Below, piece by piece: positions 9,752 through 22,459 of a stretch of 64,000 nt of DNA (position 1 is the stretch's first letter; each line of letters begins with the position of its first letter). The notes beneath the pieces are model-generated. The model saw only the letters and a list, made by a program, of their open reading frames with translations, had not been told where the DNA came from and made no database searches. This DNA is from Roseibacillus sp. (GTDB lineage Bacteria; Verrucomicrobiota; Verrucomicrobiia; Verrucomicrobiales; Akkermansiaceae), in assembly GCA_051251855.1 (NCBI GenBank), contig JBPOGI010000003.1:480001-544000 (forward strand). The letters are read 5' to 3'. The translations under genes and the position numbers were made by a program.

Positions 9752-9775
9752 AGAATTCTCTTAACCATCATCGAA

Positions 9776-10330
9776 ATGATTCCGACCATCTTAGCCGCCG
9801 CAGGTGCCGCCGACCTCGAACCAGGAGTTTGGGAAAATTTGACCAAGCAATTTGGAGTCAATTGGCCCTTCTTTATCGCCCAGGTGGTTAATTTTTTCTT
9901 GGTAATCTTTGTGCTGAAGAAATTCGCCTTCGGACCCATTCAAGAAATGCTTGAACAGCGCAAGACGCGCATTGCAGACGGTGAGGAAAAGATTGCTAAA
10001 ATCGAAACCCAGATGGCAGACAGCGAGAAGCGTGTCACCGAAAAACTCGACGAAGCCAATGCCGATGCCAAGCGCATGATTGAAGAAGCCAAAGAGTCTG
10101 CCGCCAAGCTGGGTGAGGCAGAGAATCAAAAGGCGATTGCTTCCGCTCAGAACATTTTGTCGAAGGCTGAAGAAGCTGCCAAGGCTGAGCGCGAGACCAT
10201 GAAGGCCGAGATTAAGGCTGAGTTCGGTAAGCTCGTAACTGCAGCCACTTCTCAGGTAGCTGGTAAGGTCCTCAATGACGATGACCAGCGCCGCATTAAC
10301 GAAGAGTCGATGACGACCCTCTCTAACTAA
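9776..10330 (+). CDS. atpF: F0F1 ATP synthase subunit b
   Basis: AQVVNFFLVIFVLKKFAFGPI membrane anchor plus coiled coil. Confidence 0.93.
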   Translation: MIPTILAAAGAADLEPGVWENLTKQFGVNWPFFIAQVVNFFLVIFVLKKFAFGPIQEMLEQRKTRIADGEEKIAKIETQMADSEKRVTEKLDEANADAKRMIEEAKESAAKLGEAENQKAIASAQNILSKAEEAAKAERETMKAEIKAEFGKLVTAATSQVAGKVLNDDDQRRINEESMTTLSN

Positions 10331-10353
10331 CTTTTTGATTCGAACACGCGACG

Positions 10354-10749
10354 ATGAAAATTTCAAAATCAGCCCAGACCACCGCACGGAGAATCTTCCG
10401 TCTCTGTTCGCCAGAGGGTCGACTTGACCAGCAGCGTCTGCGCACGGTGATTGCGAAACTCGTCGCTGATCAACCTCGCGACTTTCGCGGAATCCTTGCC
10501 GGCTTGGCTCGTTTGGTTCGCCGCGAAGAGGAGCGCAGCCGAGTCCTTGTAGAAAGCGCTCGCTTTCTGGACCCCGCTACTGAGCAACGTGTTCGCGATT
10601 CCCTCACTTCCCAATACGGTGAGGGTCTTAATTTTGAATTTCGCACGAATCCCGACCTGATGGGTGGGATGAAAATCCAAGTGGGAGACGACGTCATTGA
10701 TGGCTCTGTTCTTTCCCGTATCAACCGCCTCGAAACGGCTTTCCAATAA
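10354..10749 (+). CDS. atpH: F0F1 ATP synthase subunit delta (short form)
   Basis: NPDLMGGMKIQVGDDVIDGSV C-terminal motif; operon position. Confidence 0.88.
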   Translation: MKISKSAQTTARRIFRLCSPEGRLDQQRLRTVIAKLVADQPRDFRGILAGLARLVRREEERSRVLVESARFLDPATEQRVRDSLTSQYGEGLNFEFRTNPDLMGGMKIQVGDDVIDGSVLSRINRLETAFQ

Positions 10750-10773
10750 AAACAATCTCCAAATAACATACCG

Positions 10774-12315
<1,542 letters not shown>

Positions 12316-12366
12316 TCGGTCGTTGTTAGAAAACGATTCCCAATAACCTTTAAAGAGTAACACCAA

Positions 12367-13266
12367 GTGGCCAACCTTCGAGATATTCGCCGACGCATTA
12401 AGTCGGTCAAAAACACCGCCCAAATCACCCGCGCAATGCAGTTGGTTGCAGCGGCGAAGATGAAGAAGGCGCAGGACCAAGCACTTGCTGGTCGTGATTA
12501 CGCCGATCTTCTCAATCAGGTTCTGGTGAACTTGAAGGACAACGTGGATGAAGAAGCTCATCCTCTTCTTGAAAAGCGCGAAGGCGGGAAGGAACTCGTC
12601 CTCGTGATTTCGACGGACAAAGGTCTTTGCGGTGGACTCAATACGAACCTCCTTAAGAAGGTTCGTTCAGAGGCTTCAGAGGGTGCTGAATTTGTGACAG
12701 TGGGCCGCAAGCTGCGTGACCAACTTTCGAAAGCAGGGGAAGAACTCATTGCGGACTTCGAAGTGTCCGACCCCACGCCGTTTATCGAGGCTCGCCCCAT
12801 TGCGACTCTCCTCACCAAGAAGTTCTTGAGTGGCGAGTATGGCAAAATCTCCGTCGCCTTCACGAACTTCGTGAGCACCATGACGCAAGACCCCACGGTC
12901 GTTCAGCTCCTTCCTATCGATGCCGAGAGCGTTGGTGAAAAGCAGGACTACGAAGGAGTGGGCAACGATGAAATCAAAGAGACTGACCATGCGGTTGCTC
13001 TCGGGAAGGATTATCTCTTCGAGCCCTCCTCTGAAGGTGTGCTTGATGCTCTTCTTCCACTCTTCGTCAATTTTCAGGTCTATCAGATGATTATCGAATC
13101 GCGTGCATCCGAGCACTCTGCACGGATGGTGGCAATGAAAGCTGCTACCGATAACGCGAAGAAGATGACCAAGGAATTGACCCTCGAGTATAACAAAGCC
13201 CGACAAGCCGCAATTACCGCTGAGCTTCTCGAAATCACCACCGCTATGAAGGCGATGGAGGGTTAA
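12367..13266 (+). CDS. atpG: F0F1 ATP synthase subunit gamma
   Basis: ITRAMQLVAAAK, DKGLCGG, YNKARQAAITAELLEI. Confidence 0.97.
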   Translation: MANLRDIRRRIKSVKNTAQITRAMQLVAAAKMKKAQDQALAGRDYADLLNQVLVNLKDNVDEEAHPLLEKREGGKELVLVISTDKGLCGGLNTNLLKKVRSEASEGAEFVTVGRKLRDQLSKAGEELIADFEVSDPTPFIEARPIATLLTKKFLSGEYGKISVAFTNFVSTMTQDPTVVQLLPIDAESVGEKQDYEGVGNDEIKETDHAVALGKDYLFEPSSEGVLDALLPLFVNFQVYQMIIESRASEHSARMVAMKAATDNAKKMTKELTLEYNKARQAAITAELLEITTAMKAMEG

Positions 13267-13294
13267 AGACTTTGCCAATTTAACGACCCCATAA

Positions 13295-14791
<1,497 letters not shown>

Positions 14792-14822
14792 GCTGATTTC
14801 CTAATTCTTAGATATTCTCAAA

Positions 14823-15233
14823 ATGGCTCTTCATCTCGAAATCGTCACTCCAGAGCGGAAAGTTTTTTCCGATGATGTGGATAACGTCTACCTTCCCGGT
14901 GCGGATGGTGAGATGGGTGTTCTTGGCGGTCACGCTGCTCTCGTTTCGGCGATGCAAGCGGGTGAACTTCGTTACTTGAAAGAGGGAAAGACGACCGAAC
15001 TTGCAGTGGGTCACGGTTTCGCCGAAGTCACTCAAGAAAAGGTAACGATTCTCACCGATGTGGCCTTCGAAGAAGACCAGATTGACGAGAACGCGGTTGA
15101 AGAAGCGATGAAGCGCGCCGAAGAGGCTCTCGAGAACATCGATCCTGACGAAGCCGACGAGATGGCTGCTCAGCAAAAAGTCATTGCCTCGGCTATGGCA
15201 CAGCTCGCGCTCAAGAAGAAGCGCAAGGGCTAG
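14823..15233 (+). CDS. atpC: F0F1 ATP synthase subunit epsilon
   Basis: LEIVTPE..GEMGVLGGHA. Confidence 0.95.
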   Translation: MALHLEIVTPERKVFSDDVDNVYLPGADGEMGVLGGHAALVSAMQAGELRYLKEGKTTELAVGHGFAEVTQEKVTILTDVAFEEDQIDENAVEEAMKRAEEALENIDPDEADEMAAQQKVIASAMAQLALKKKRKG

Positions 15234-15262
15234 GCCTGAATCCTTTCTTCTGATAACTTTCC

Positions 15263-15287
15263 AAAGCCTCCTTCGGGAGGCTTTTTT
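15263..15287 (+). terminator. Intrinsic terminator of the atp operon
   Basis: AAAGCCTCC-TTCG-GGAGGCTTTTTT. Confidence 0.9.
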
Positions 15288-15295
15288 GTGGAATG

Positions 15296-15358
15296 GGAGT
15301 AGGGACATTCCTGCCCCTGAAAAAGATGTTGTTCCAAGGACGGGAGTGTTCTTGCTCC
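15296..15358. repeat. Degenerate REP doublet (REPIN-like inverted pair)
   Basis: GGAGTAGGGACATTCCTGCCCC paired with AGGACGGGAGTGTTCTTGCTCC gives a ~21-bp stem, mostly Watson-Crick plus G-U; GTAG tetramer present. Confidence 0.55.
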
Positions 15359-15360
15359 TT

Positions 15361-15894
15361 TTAGAGGTCCCGAAGATGGACCCCTTTTTGATCGCGTTCT
15401 GAGAGTTTAGGTTCGGTTATTGGCCACTCAATGGAAAGGTCTGGGTCACTCCATGCAAGGACTTGTTCTGTTTCTGGGCTCCAAGGAGTGGAAACGAGAT
15501 AGGCAATCGTGGCTGGACCCTGCGGAGTGGCGAGGCCGTGAGCGAAGCCGGGAGGGAGATAAATTTGAGAGGGTGTTTCAGAGCGGTCGGCTGAAAGTTG
15601 AAAGCTCTGCCATTTTCCGAAGTTGGGTCCGAGGCGAAGATCGACCGCGACGTCGAAGATGGTTCCGGATATGACGGTGATGAGTTTCGCCTGGGGTTCT
15701 GGGTCTTGAAAGTGAAGTCCGCGAATACAGCCTTCTTCGGTTTCGGAGAGATTCATCTCGGCCCATGGGTGGGAGTAGCCGGCCTCGGCATGGAGACGTT
15801 GCGCGAAGAGGGGACGGAAGGTTCCTCGGGAGTCATCAAATCGGGGAGGAGTCAGGAGCATCACTCCATCTAGGTTGGTGGATTCGATTTTCAT
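15361..15894 (-). CDS. rfbC: dTDP-4-dehydrorhamnose 3,5-epimerase family
   Basis: DSRGTF, IRGLHFQ, DVAVDLR, PPGFAHG; start at MKIESTNL overlaps the upstream stop (ATGA). Confidence 0.88.
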   Translation of the reverse strand: MKIESTNLDGVMLLTPPRFDDSRGTFRPLFAQRLHAEAGYSHPWAEMNLSETEEGCIRGLHFQDPEPQAKLITVISGTIFDVAVDLRLGPNFGKWQSFQLSADRSETPSQIYLPPGFAHGLATPQGPATIAYLVSTPWSPETEQVLAWSDPDLSIEWPITEPKLSERDQKGVHLRDL

Positions 15895-17249
15895 GATTCT
15901 AAGAGTTCCTTTGCCGCCTCGGCACCCATGCGCATGGCGCTGTGCATGTTGGGGTAGGTGAAGCCGCCTTGGCGTCCGGTGGTACGGAGGTTTTTGAAGG
16001 ATGCGAGATAGTCGGTGATGGTTTGGAGATGCCCTTCGAAGCCTTTCGCAAAAATGGGATAGGCGTGTTCGGAGTGGATGAGGTGATGGGAGACGACGTC
16101 CTTGGGTTGGCACAGTCCTTCTGCCGCCAGGTCGCTGAGGATCTGGGGAAGGGCTTCACCTCGCCATTTGGGATCGTCTTTCTCGCAGGTGGTTTCGACG
16201 ATGAGGGTGGTGTGCCCGGCTGGTTTGACGAGTAGTCCAGCATTTTTGGGTTCACCGACTCGGTGGAAGAGACGGTCGCGGTAGTAAGTATAGAGCGCTT
16301 CCATACATTGCTCTTTTTTGACCAAGAGGGCGTAGACGGTCATGGGCTTGAAGCGCAGGGCGGCGGCGGCTTCGAGGACGGGGGCGGGTGGAGCGGGGAA
16401 AAAAGATTGTACCAACTGGGGCAGGGGAATGGTGGAGAGATACTGGGTCTCGGAAGTGCCGTTGCTTCCGTTGGGAGTGATAATGGACTGGATGGAATCG
16501 CCGTCGTGCGAGATTTGGGTGATGGGGGAATTGGTGTGCAACTGGGCGCCTTGGCCTTGGGCGTGGGCTGCTAGGGTGCGGGGGAGGGATTCCGAACCAC
16601 TGCAAGAATAGTGCAAGGTCTCGAAGCGAAGGGCGCCTTCGGTAGCGTCACGGGGCTTGGCGAGGCGAAGCTTTTCGAGAAGATTTTTGAGGACATCAAT
16701 GGCGGAGAGGCGAGGCATCTTGCGGCGCACAAATTCGGCAGATAGGTCGCGGGGGTGGATTTCCCAGTAGCGGTGGGTGAAGTCTTCGAAGAAAAATTCG
16801 TAGAGCGGAGAACCGTAGAGTTCGATGAGAGCGGATTCGGCATCTTCGCCGGGCTGCCGGGAGGGGTAGCGAGATTCGACTTCGGCGAGAAAGAGGCCCG
16901 TGAGGCATCGGGCGAGGGTGACGGGTGGAATGCCGGCGAGGATATCGCGGCCTCGCAGGGGGTAGTGGTAGAGTTTACCACCCCACCTGATGTGGGATTT
17001 GAGGGGGACTTCGATGCGTTCCGAGCCCATGGCGTTTTTGCAGGTGGCAAAAATTTCCTCATCGAAAGCATGGAGCATGTGAACGCCAAGGTCGAACCAA
17101 TTGCCGTCGAACTGGTGCCCAGCTGCGAGCCCTCCGTAGGTGGGAGCCTTTTCGAAGAGGGTAACCTCGGCTCCGAGGGAAAGGGCTTGATGGGCGGCAT
17201 AGAGTCCGCAAACCCCGCCTCCGAGAATGGTAATCTTGGGTGGATTCAC
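15891..17249 (-). CDS. FAD-dependent oxidoreductase (HemY/UDP-galactopyranose mutase-like family of polysaccharide loci)
   Basis: ITILGGGVCGL FAD motif, DLGVH, TGRQGGFTYPNMHSAM; GTG start overlaps the upstream TGA. Confidence 0.8.
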   Translation of the reverse strand: MNPPKITILGGGVCGLYAAHQALSLGAEVTLFEKAPTYGGLAAGHQFDGNWFDLGVHMLHAFDEEIFATCKNAMGSERIEVPLKSHIRWGGKLYHYPLRGRDILAGIPPVTLARCLTGLFLAEVESRYPSRQPGEDAESALIELYGSPLYEFFFEDFTHRYWEIHPRDLSAEFVRRKMPRLSAIDVLKNLLEKLRLAKPRDATEGALRFETLHYSCSGSESLPRTLAAHAQGQGAQLHTNSPITQISHDGDSIQSIITPNGSNGTSETQYLSTIPLPQLVQSFFPAPPAPVLEAAAALRFKPMTVYALLVKKEQCMEALYTYYRDRLFHRVGEPKNAGLLVKPAGHTTLIVETTCEKDDPKWRGEALPQILSDLAAEGLCQPKDVVSHHLIHSEHAYPIFAKGFEGHLQTITDYLASFKNLRTTGRQGGFTYPNMHSAMRMGAEAAKELLES

Positions 17250-18442
17250 AGTGATGAAGAGGCGAGGTGTCTTTGCTGTTCTTGCCAGAGTTCGGTGAGC
17301 CGACCACTTGGTAGAGTGAGATGGTCGGTGGTGAGGGGCTGGTCCTTGGAAACAGGTTCTTTGAGGGTAGTGCTTTCTTCGAGCAGGGAAATAGGGATGC
17401 GTTGCGAGTTGAGGGGGTCGACGAGGCCATAGCACTCGGCGGAGCCGATAGCGTGTCGGATGGGAGTTCCGGCGGGGAGGTCTCGCTTGGCGTAGGTGTA
17501 GACGTCGCAGGTTTGGCGAGTTTGGTGGAGAAGTGGCTGTCCGGCGACGACGGCGAAGATGGCCTTGGGAGTCTCGAGATGGCAGAGATGGTAGGGGCGG
17601 TAGAGGAGGTATTCGGGGCCGTCCCCTAATTTATAGTAGTTGAGGTAAAAGACTTGCTCGGGTGGGAGGTCTTTTTTTGGGCGTACCACGAGATAGACTC
17701 CGCCGCCTGGTTCGGCTCCGAGGAGGTAGTCGATGCGAGGGGTTTCCCCGTAGGTAGAAAAGTCGAAGAGCTGGAGCGCTTCTTGCACATCTTTGGCGCG
17801 TGGGCCGGTCATACCGCCTTTGGGGGGAAGGTAGCCGAGAGCATTGGCAAGAACGGCCATCTCGATGTGAAGCTTGGTGCCGTCGGTGTAGGCACAGCAT
17901 TGGGTGGCGGAGAGATTGCGCTTTTCGGCTTCGGCCTTGATGGACTGAGGAGTGGCGGTGCGATCGAGGAAGCCTTTGATGTTGCCCGCTTGCACGATAT
18001 CGAAGCCCATCAACTCGGCCTCTGAGATCATGCTCGCGAGGACGCCGTGTTGGTCGCCGGCATCGGAGGTGACGGTGACACCTGCTTCGGTCGCACGATG
18101 ATGAAGAAGGGGGCCCAAGGCGAGGTCGACTTCGGCATTCATGAGCACGACATGAGCACCCCTTTCGATGGCTGCGAAGCAATATTCGGCAGCGGAACCA
18201 ATGGAGTTGGTTGCCTCGACTAGCACGTCGATTTCTTGGCTATGGAGGAGTTGGAAGAAGTCGTCACCTGCAGCAGCAGAAGTCGTCAGGTCGGCGGCGC
18301 TTTGTGCGGAGGATAGGTCTTGGTCGGCGACCCAAGCGAGCTCCATTCCTGGGGTGATATTGATTTGGAGAGCGATACCACGACCCATGCAGCCTGCCCC
18401 GACGAGGCCAACGCGAATGGGGATAGTGGATTCGTTCGGCAT
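17246..18442 (-). CDS. Homoserine dehydrogenase-like NAD(P) oxidoreductase with C-terminal SAF domain
   Basis: VGLVGAGCMG, GDQHG, DGTKLHIEMAVLANA, YRPYHLCHLE, AKRDLPAG. Confidence 0.85.
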   Translation of the reverse strand: MPNESTIPIRVGLVGAGCMGRGIALQINITPGMELAWVADQDLSSAQSAADLTTSAAAGDDFFQLLHSQEIDVLVEATNSIGSAAEYCFAAIERGAHVVLMNAEVDLALGPLLHHRATEAGVTVTSDAGDQHGVLASMISEAELMGFDIVQAGNIKGFLDRTATPQSIKAEAEKRNLSATQCCAYTDGTKLHIEMAVLANALGYLPPKGGMTGPRAKDVQEALQLFDFSTYGETPRIDYLLGAEPGGGVYLVVRPKKDLPPEQVFYLNYYKLGDGPEYLLYRPYHLCHLETPKAIFAVVAGQPLLHQTRQTCDVYTYAKRDLPAGTPIRHAIGSAECYGLVDPLNSQRIPISLLEESTTLKEPVSKDQPLTTDHLTLPSGRLTELWQEQQRHLASSSL

Positions 18443-18477
18443 TGTTAGAGTGATTTTGACTTAAGTTGAAAGCTCCT

Positions 18478-20340
18478 TCAAGTGGTGCTTGTGTGTTGTT
18501 CGAGCCAGAGCTGTAGAATTACGAGAGCAGCTAGTTGCTTAAGGGGCAGAAAGTTGGTGGCTGAAAAGAGAGGTTCGATTGCTCGATAGTTGAGCCATCC
18601 TTGAGAGGATACCGATTGAGGGGTCAGGACATCGCGAGCAAAGGAGAGGAAGGGCGTGCGCCAAGAGGGTTGTTCAAGGGGGAGGTAGAAAGGTTGCTTA
18701 GGCCGATGGGTGATAGAGTGGGGGAGGTAGCGTTCTGCGAGTTTACGCCACAGGTATTTGTCCGTTCGTTGATGGATCTTCATGCCCGTGGGAAGGCCGC
18801 TGGCGAAATCGATGATTCGATGATCGAGGAAGGGGCTTCGGTACTCAAGGGAGTGAGCCATTGTGTTCTTGTCCTGACGAATGAGGGACCAATCAGGTAA
18901 CCAGTGCCGGTATTGCAAGGCCAGAGCGTTGTGAAACGAGTGAGGTGAGAGCTCGGTTTCGCTGAGAGCGTGTTCTACCTGAAGTGGTTCAATGTCCTTG
19001 CTGAGAAGAGCCTCAATTTCTTGAGGGCTAAAGAGAGTGTGGAGGTCGGTAGCCTTCTCAAAGAGGCTCTTCTTTCCAAAGTCACGGAGATAGGTAGCGG
19101 CTTTTGAACGTCCTTGAGTTCCAAGAGAAGCAGGGAAGTTGGTTAGTTTACTGAGAAGGGGAAGAGGGACTCTTTCAAGCGCAGCGGAGGCGACCGCGCG
19201 CCCCATAGGTCCCAGTTTCTCAGCGGTGAGGAGGGTTTTCTGAAACGAGTAACCGGCAAAGTATTCATCGGGTCCCTCTCCACCGAGGGCGACCTTGCAA
19301 CCCAGTGCACGAGTGTGGGAAGCGAGATGGTCGAAGGCCAAGATGAGCGCATCTCCTACGGGTCGGTCCATCTGTTGGATGACTCGGGGCAGGTCGTGCA
19401 GGGAACTTGGGTTAAGTTCAGCGGCATGGTGCGCAAGCCCTAGTGACTTAGCAAAGCTCGTCGCTGCGGTGCTTTCATCCGAGGTGGCTCCAAAGCCAAT
19501 GGAAGTGGTGGTAATGTCTGCACCCAAGTCTCTGGCGTAGTGCGCAAGTAATGAGGAGTCGACGCCTGCGGAAAGATAGGCGGCCACGGGAACGTCAGCC
19601 TGTAAGGCGAGTTCGACGCTGGAACGGGTAAGGGCGTCGAGTTCGTCTAAGGCCTGAGACTCATTTTGAGATGAGCTAGCTTCACTGGGGGCCTGCCAAT
19701 AGCGCTGAATGGTCTGAGTTCCATTGCTCTGGATTTGCATCCAATGGGCGGCAGGGAGGGTGAAGACATTTTTGAAAAGAGTGTCTGGTTCTGGGAGATA
19801 GCGGAGGGAAAGCCAGGTGGCGAGATGTTCTGGGGCAGGGATGAGTTCGAGTCCTGCAGCGGCAAAGGACTTTGTTTCTGAGGCGAACAATACGGAGGAT
19901 CCTGATCGTGTGTAGTAGAGTGGTTTCTGACCACAACGGTCACGAGCGAGAAAGAGGGAGTCGGTGCGGGCGTCGTGAATGGCCAGAGAAAACATGCCGT
20001 TGAGCTTTTCAGGGAGCGAGGTTCCCCATTCTAACCAAGCGGCAGGAAGGATTTCGCAATCGCATTGAGTTGTGAACGTATGTCCTTTGTTTCTAAGAAT
20101 TTCCCTGAGTTCCTGCCAGTTATAGAGTTCGCCATTACAGATGGTGGTAATCTTTGAACAAGGAGAAGAAAAGGGCTGGTCCCCGTTGTCGATATCTTGA
20201 ATTGCTAGGCGAGTGAAACCGAGGCAGGAGGAGCCGCAGGCTTTGATCGCGCTGCTATCGGGACCACGGTGACGCAAACTTGCTGTCATTTTTTCGACAA
20301 TGTTTGAGGAAAGATGAAGCCCGCCTGTGATTCCGCACAT
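18478..20340 (-). CDS. asnB: Asparagine synthase (glutamine-hydrolysing) family amidotransferase
   Basis: MCGI N-terminus, HRGPD, NGELYN, LSAGVDSS, GEGPDE, LEYRSPFLD. Confidence 0.9.
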   Translation of the reverse strand: MCGITGGLHLSSNIVEKMTASLRHRGPDSSAIKACGSSCLGFTRLAIQDIDNGDQPFSSPCSKITTICNGELYNWQELREILRNKGHTFTTQCDCEILPAAWLEWGTSLPEKLNGMFSLAIHDARTDSLFLARDRCGQKPLYYTRSGSSVLFASETKSFAAAGLELIPAPEHLATWLSLRYLPEPDTLFKNVFTLPAAHWMQIQSNGTQTIQRYWQAPSEASSSQNESQALDELDALTRSSVELALQADVPVAAYLSAGVDSSLLAHYARDLGADITTTSIGFGATSDESTAATSFAKSLGLAHHAAELNPSSLHDLPRVIQQMDRPVGDALILAFDHLASHTRALGCKVALGGEGPDEYFAGYSFQKTLLTAEKLGPMGRAVASAALERVPLPLLSKLTNFPASLGTQGRSKAATYLRDFGKKSLFEKATDLHTLFSPQEIEALLSKDIEPLQVEHALSETELSPHSFHNALALQYRHWLPDWSLIRQDKNTMAHSLEYRSPFLDHRIIDFASGLPTGMKIHQRTDKYLWRKLAERYLPHSITHRPKQPFYLPLEQPSWRTPFLSFARDVLTPQSVSSQGWLNYRAIEPLFSATNFLPLKQLAALVILQLWLEQHTSTT

Positions 20341-20490
20341 GAAGCTACTAGTGAACGGAATATCTTAGAAGAGAAGGAGGGAATGTGCCTTTCCTTTGGT
20401 GGGAATGAAAGCGTCAAGTATTCGGAATGTCCTTAAGGCGGTAATATTAGCGTTGCTTTATTTCTCGTTATGACATACAACTTCCTCGTT

Positions 20491-21465
20491 ATGTTCAAAC
20501 ACCTTCCACTTTGCGTCCTAGCTCTCGGAATGTCTGCCCTGCATTCGCAAACAATTACCTACGACTTTAATAGTCAATGGAATGGTGATTGGGACACCTA
20601 CCACGTTCAAACGGGAGGAAATGCTGCGAGTCCTTCCATGAACTATTCAAAAGCCTCTGAAGGGCGAACAGGAGGTGCCGGAGGAAATATTCTAGCAGGA
20701 ACGGTTTCTGGCGTCGGATACCAAGGCTCGATTTCATCTATTTACGATGGTTATGGAGCCGTCGATCTTTCGAAATCCGGTGATCGGGTGCGTCTGCAGG
20801 GTTCGTATTCCGCTTTCGCTAATGAGTCAGCTTTTGCGAGCGGGAGCAGTGAGGTTGGTCAAGTGGGATTGATTTCCGCACCCTCATTTTCGAATGCTGC
20901 CGATAGCATTCTTAAGTTGGGCGACTCAGTTTACGTAGGTTTTGTGGAGAATTCGTGGTCAGGACAAACTCCAACTGGTCCAGGAACCGCCAATGTGGAA
21001 GTGGGGCTATTTCAAGATGGCTCCATGACTCAGAGCTTCGGAAGCTACAACTTGTCTGGCTATGGAGGTCGAATTGGGAGCCAAGTTTGGGCCCAGTTCT
21101 TCGAATACGATATTGTCTTCGAAAATCTTCCCGATGGAACTCTAGGCTATAAGGTGGGTTTGAATACGGTGAGCTTTTATGACGACAACCTTTTTTCATC
21201 GCCGGATCCTACCGAGGGTTCAGCCGTGAATTTAGGGACTTGGGAGGGTTCACTTGCCGGGGTTGGCGGCTTATCCGCTTTGGATGATCTTTATGTATCC
21301 TACGGTGCCTATGTTGCTTCTGATGGAAATGCGACAATCACGGGATACACCTTCGACCATTCTCCTTCAGGGGATCTACACGATGGTATTATCGCCATAC
21401 CTGAGCCATCGGCTGTGGTGCTCGGTTTCTCCAGTTTGTTGATTCTTGTGCGTCGCCGTCGCTAG
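20491..21465 (+). CDS. PEP-CTERM sorting-domain protein
   Basis: Signal peptide; C-terminal IPEPSAVVLGFSSLLILVRRRR; alternative start at 20470. Confidence 0.9.
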   Translation: MFKHLPLCVLALGMSALHSQTITYDFNSQWNGDWDTYHVQTGGNAASPSMNYSKASEGRTGGAGGNILAGTVSGVGYQGSISSIYDGYGAVDLSKSGDRVRLQGSYSAFANESAFASGSSEVGQVGLISAPSFSNAADSILKLGDSVYVGFVENSWSGQTPTGPGTANVEVGLFQDGSMTQSFGSYNLSGYGGRIGSQVWAQFFEYDIVFENLPDGTLGYKVGLNTVSFYDDNLFSSPDPTEGSAVNLGTWEGSLAGVGGLSALDDLYVSYGAYVASDGNATITGYTFDHSPSGDLHDGIIAIPEPSAVVLGFSSLLILVRRRR

Positions 21466-21505
21466 GGGGCTCTTCGCTTAAGCTCAACTTACCAATTCCC
21501 CTCTC

Positions 21506-22417
21506 ATGAAGCTTCTTTTGCTTGCATGCTCGATCAGTCTTGTCCCCGTCCAAGGGCAGACCCTTGAGCTATTTTTCCTCGCTGGTCAGTCCAATGCGGA
21601 CGGATCCAACTCCTACTATTTCGATAATGGTGATTCCTCAAAGGGGGGAGGGCTTTCGCCAGCCAATGCTTCTTACGCGGATGCATACAGCGGCATTCAA
21701 TATGCCTACGCACACGCGAATCCATTTTCGGGTACTCCCAACCGCTACCTCACGGGATCGCTTGGTGATCTGAGACCCGCGACATGGGGAATGATGGGGC
21801 CGGAAATCTCGTTGGGACGAAAGCTGGACGAGTTACACAGCAATGACGTTGCTCTTCTTAAGTATACCTCACCTGGAACATCTTTAGCTACGCAATGGGG
21901 ACCCGATGACGGCTTGCTCTATCAGGATATGATCTCATTTTTCAATGAGCAGATTACGATTCTGTCACCTTCTTATACTGATATCAATTTCAATACCTTT
22001 TTCTGGCACCAAGGTGAATCTGATTCAGGGCTGACCTATCAGGCCGACTTTCAGGCCATGTTCGATCAGCTCCGACTGGACTTATCCTCTGAGCTTACAG
22101 GCGTCACGGGATTGATTTCCGAGAATTTCGACCCTGGAAATACGGGGAATACTCCCCGTTTGAATATCACTCAGGTGAATGAGGCTCTTGAGAATTTGGG
22201 CGATGCTCAGACCTACCTGACGACAACGGGATCCCTTACAGATATTCCTCTTCACGACAATATCCACTTTGACGCCGATGGTCAGCTAATCCATGGCGAG
22301 CGAATGGCGTCGGCCTACGAGAGTGAGTTTCTTGCTGTGCCCGAACCTGGTTCAATAGTTTTGCTTTTGCTCTCAGGGATACTTCTTCCTCGAAGACGAG
22401 CGCGGCACTCCTTTTAA
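21506..22417 (+). CDS. PEP-CTERM protein with SASA (sialate O-acetylesterase/CE6-like) domain
   Basis: LAGQSNA, WHQGESD, DNIHF catalytic motifs; VPEPGS..RRR tail. Confidence 0.88.
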   Translation: MKLLLLACSISLVPVQGQTLELFFLAGQSNADGSNSYYFDNGDSSKGGGLSPANASYADAYSGIQYAYAHANPFSGTPNRYLTGSLGDLRPATWGMMGPEISLGRKLDELHSNDVALLKYTSPGTSLATQWGPDDGLLYQDMISFFNEQITILSPSYTDINFNTFFWHQGESDSGLTYQADFQAMFDQLRLDLSSELTGVTGLISENFDPGNTGNTPRLNITQVNEALENLGDAQTYLTTTGSLTDIPLHDNIHFDADGQLIHGERMASAYESEFLAVPEPGSIVLLLLSGILLPRRRARHSF

Positions 22418-22459
22418 TTGGTTGATATTACGGTTTACTTAATTTATTGTGGCAGCTTT

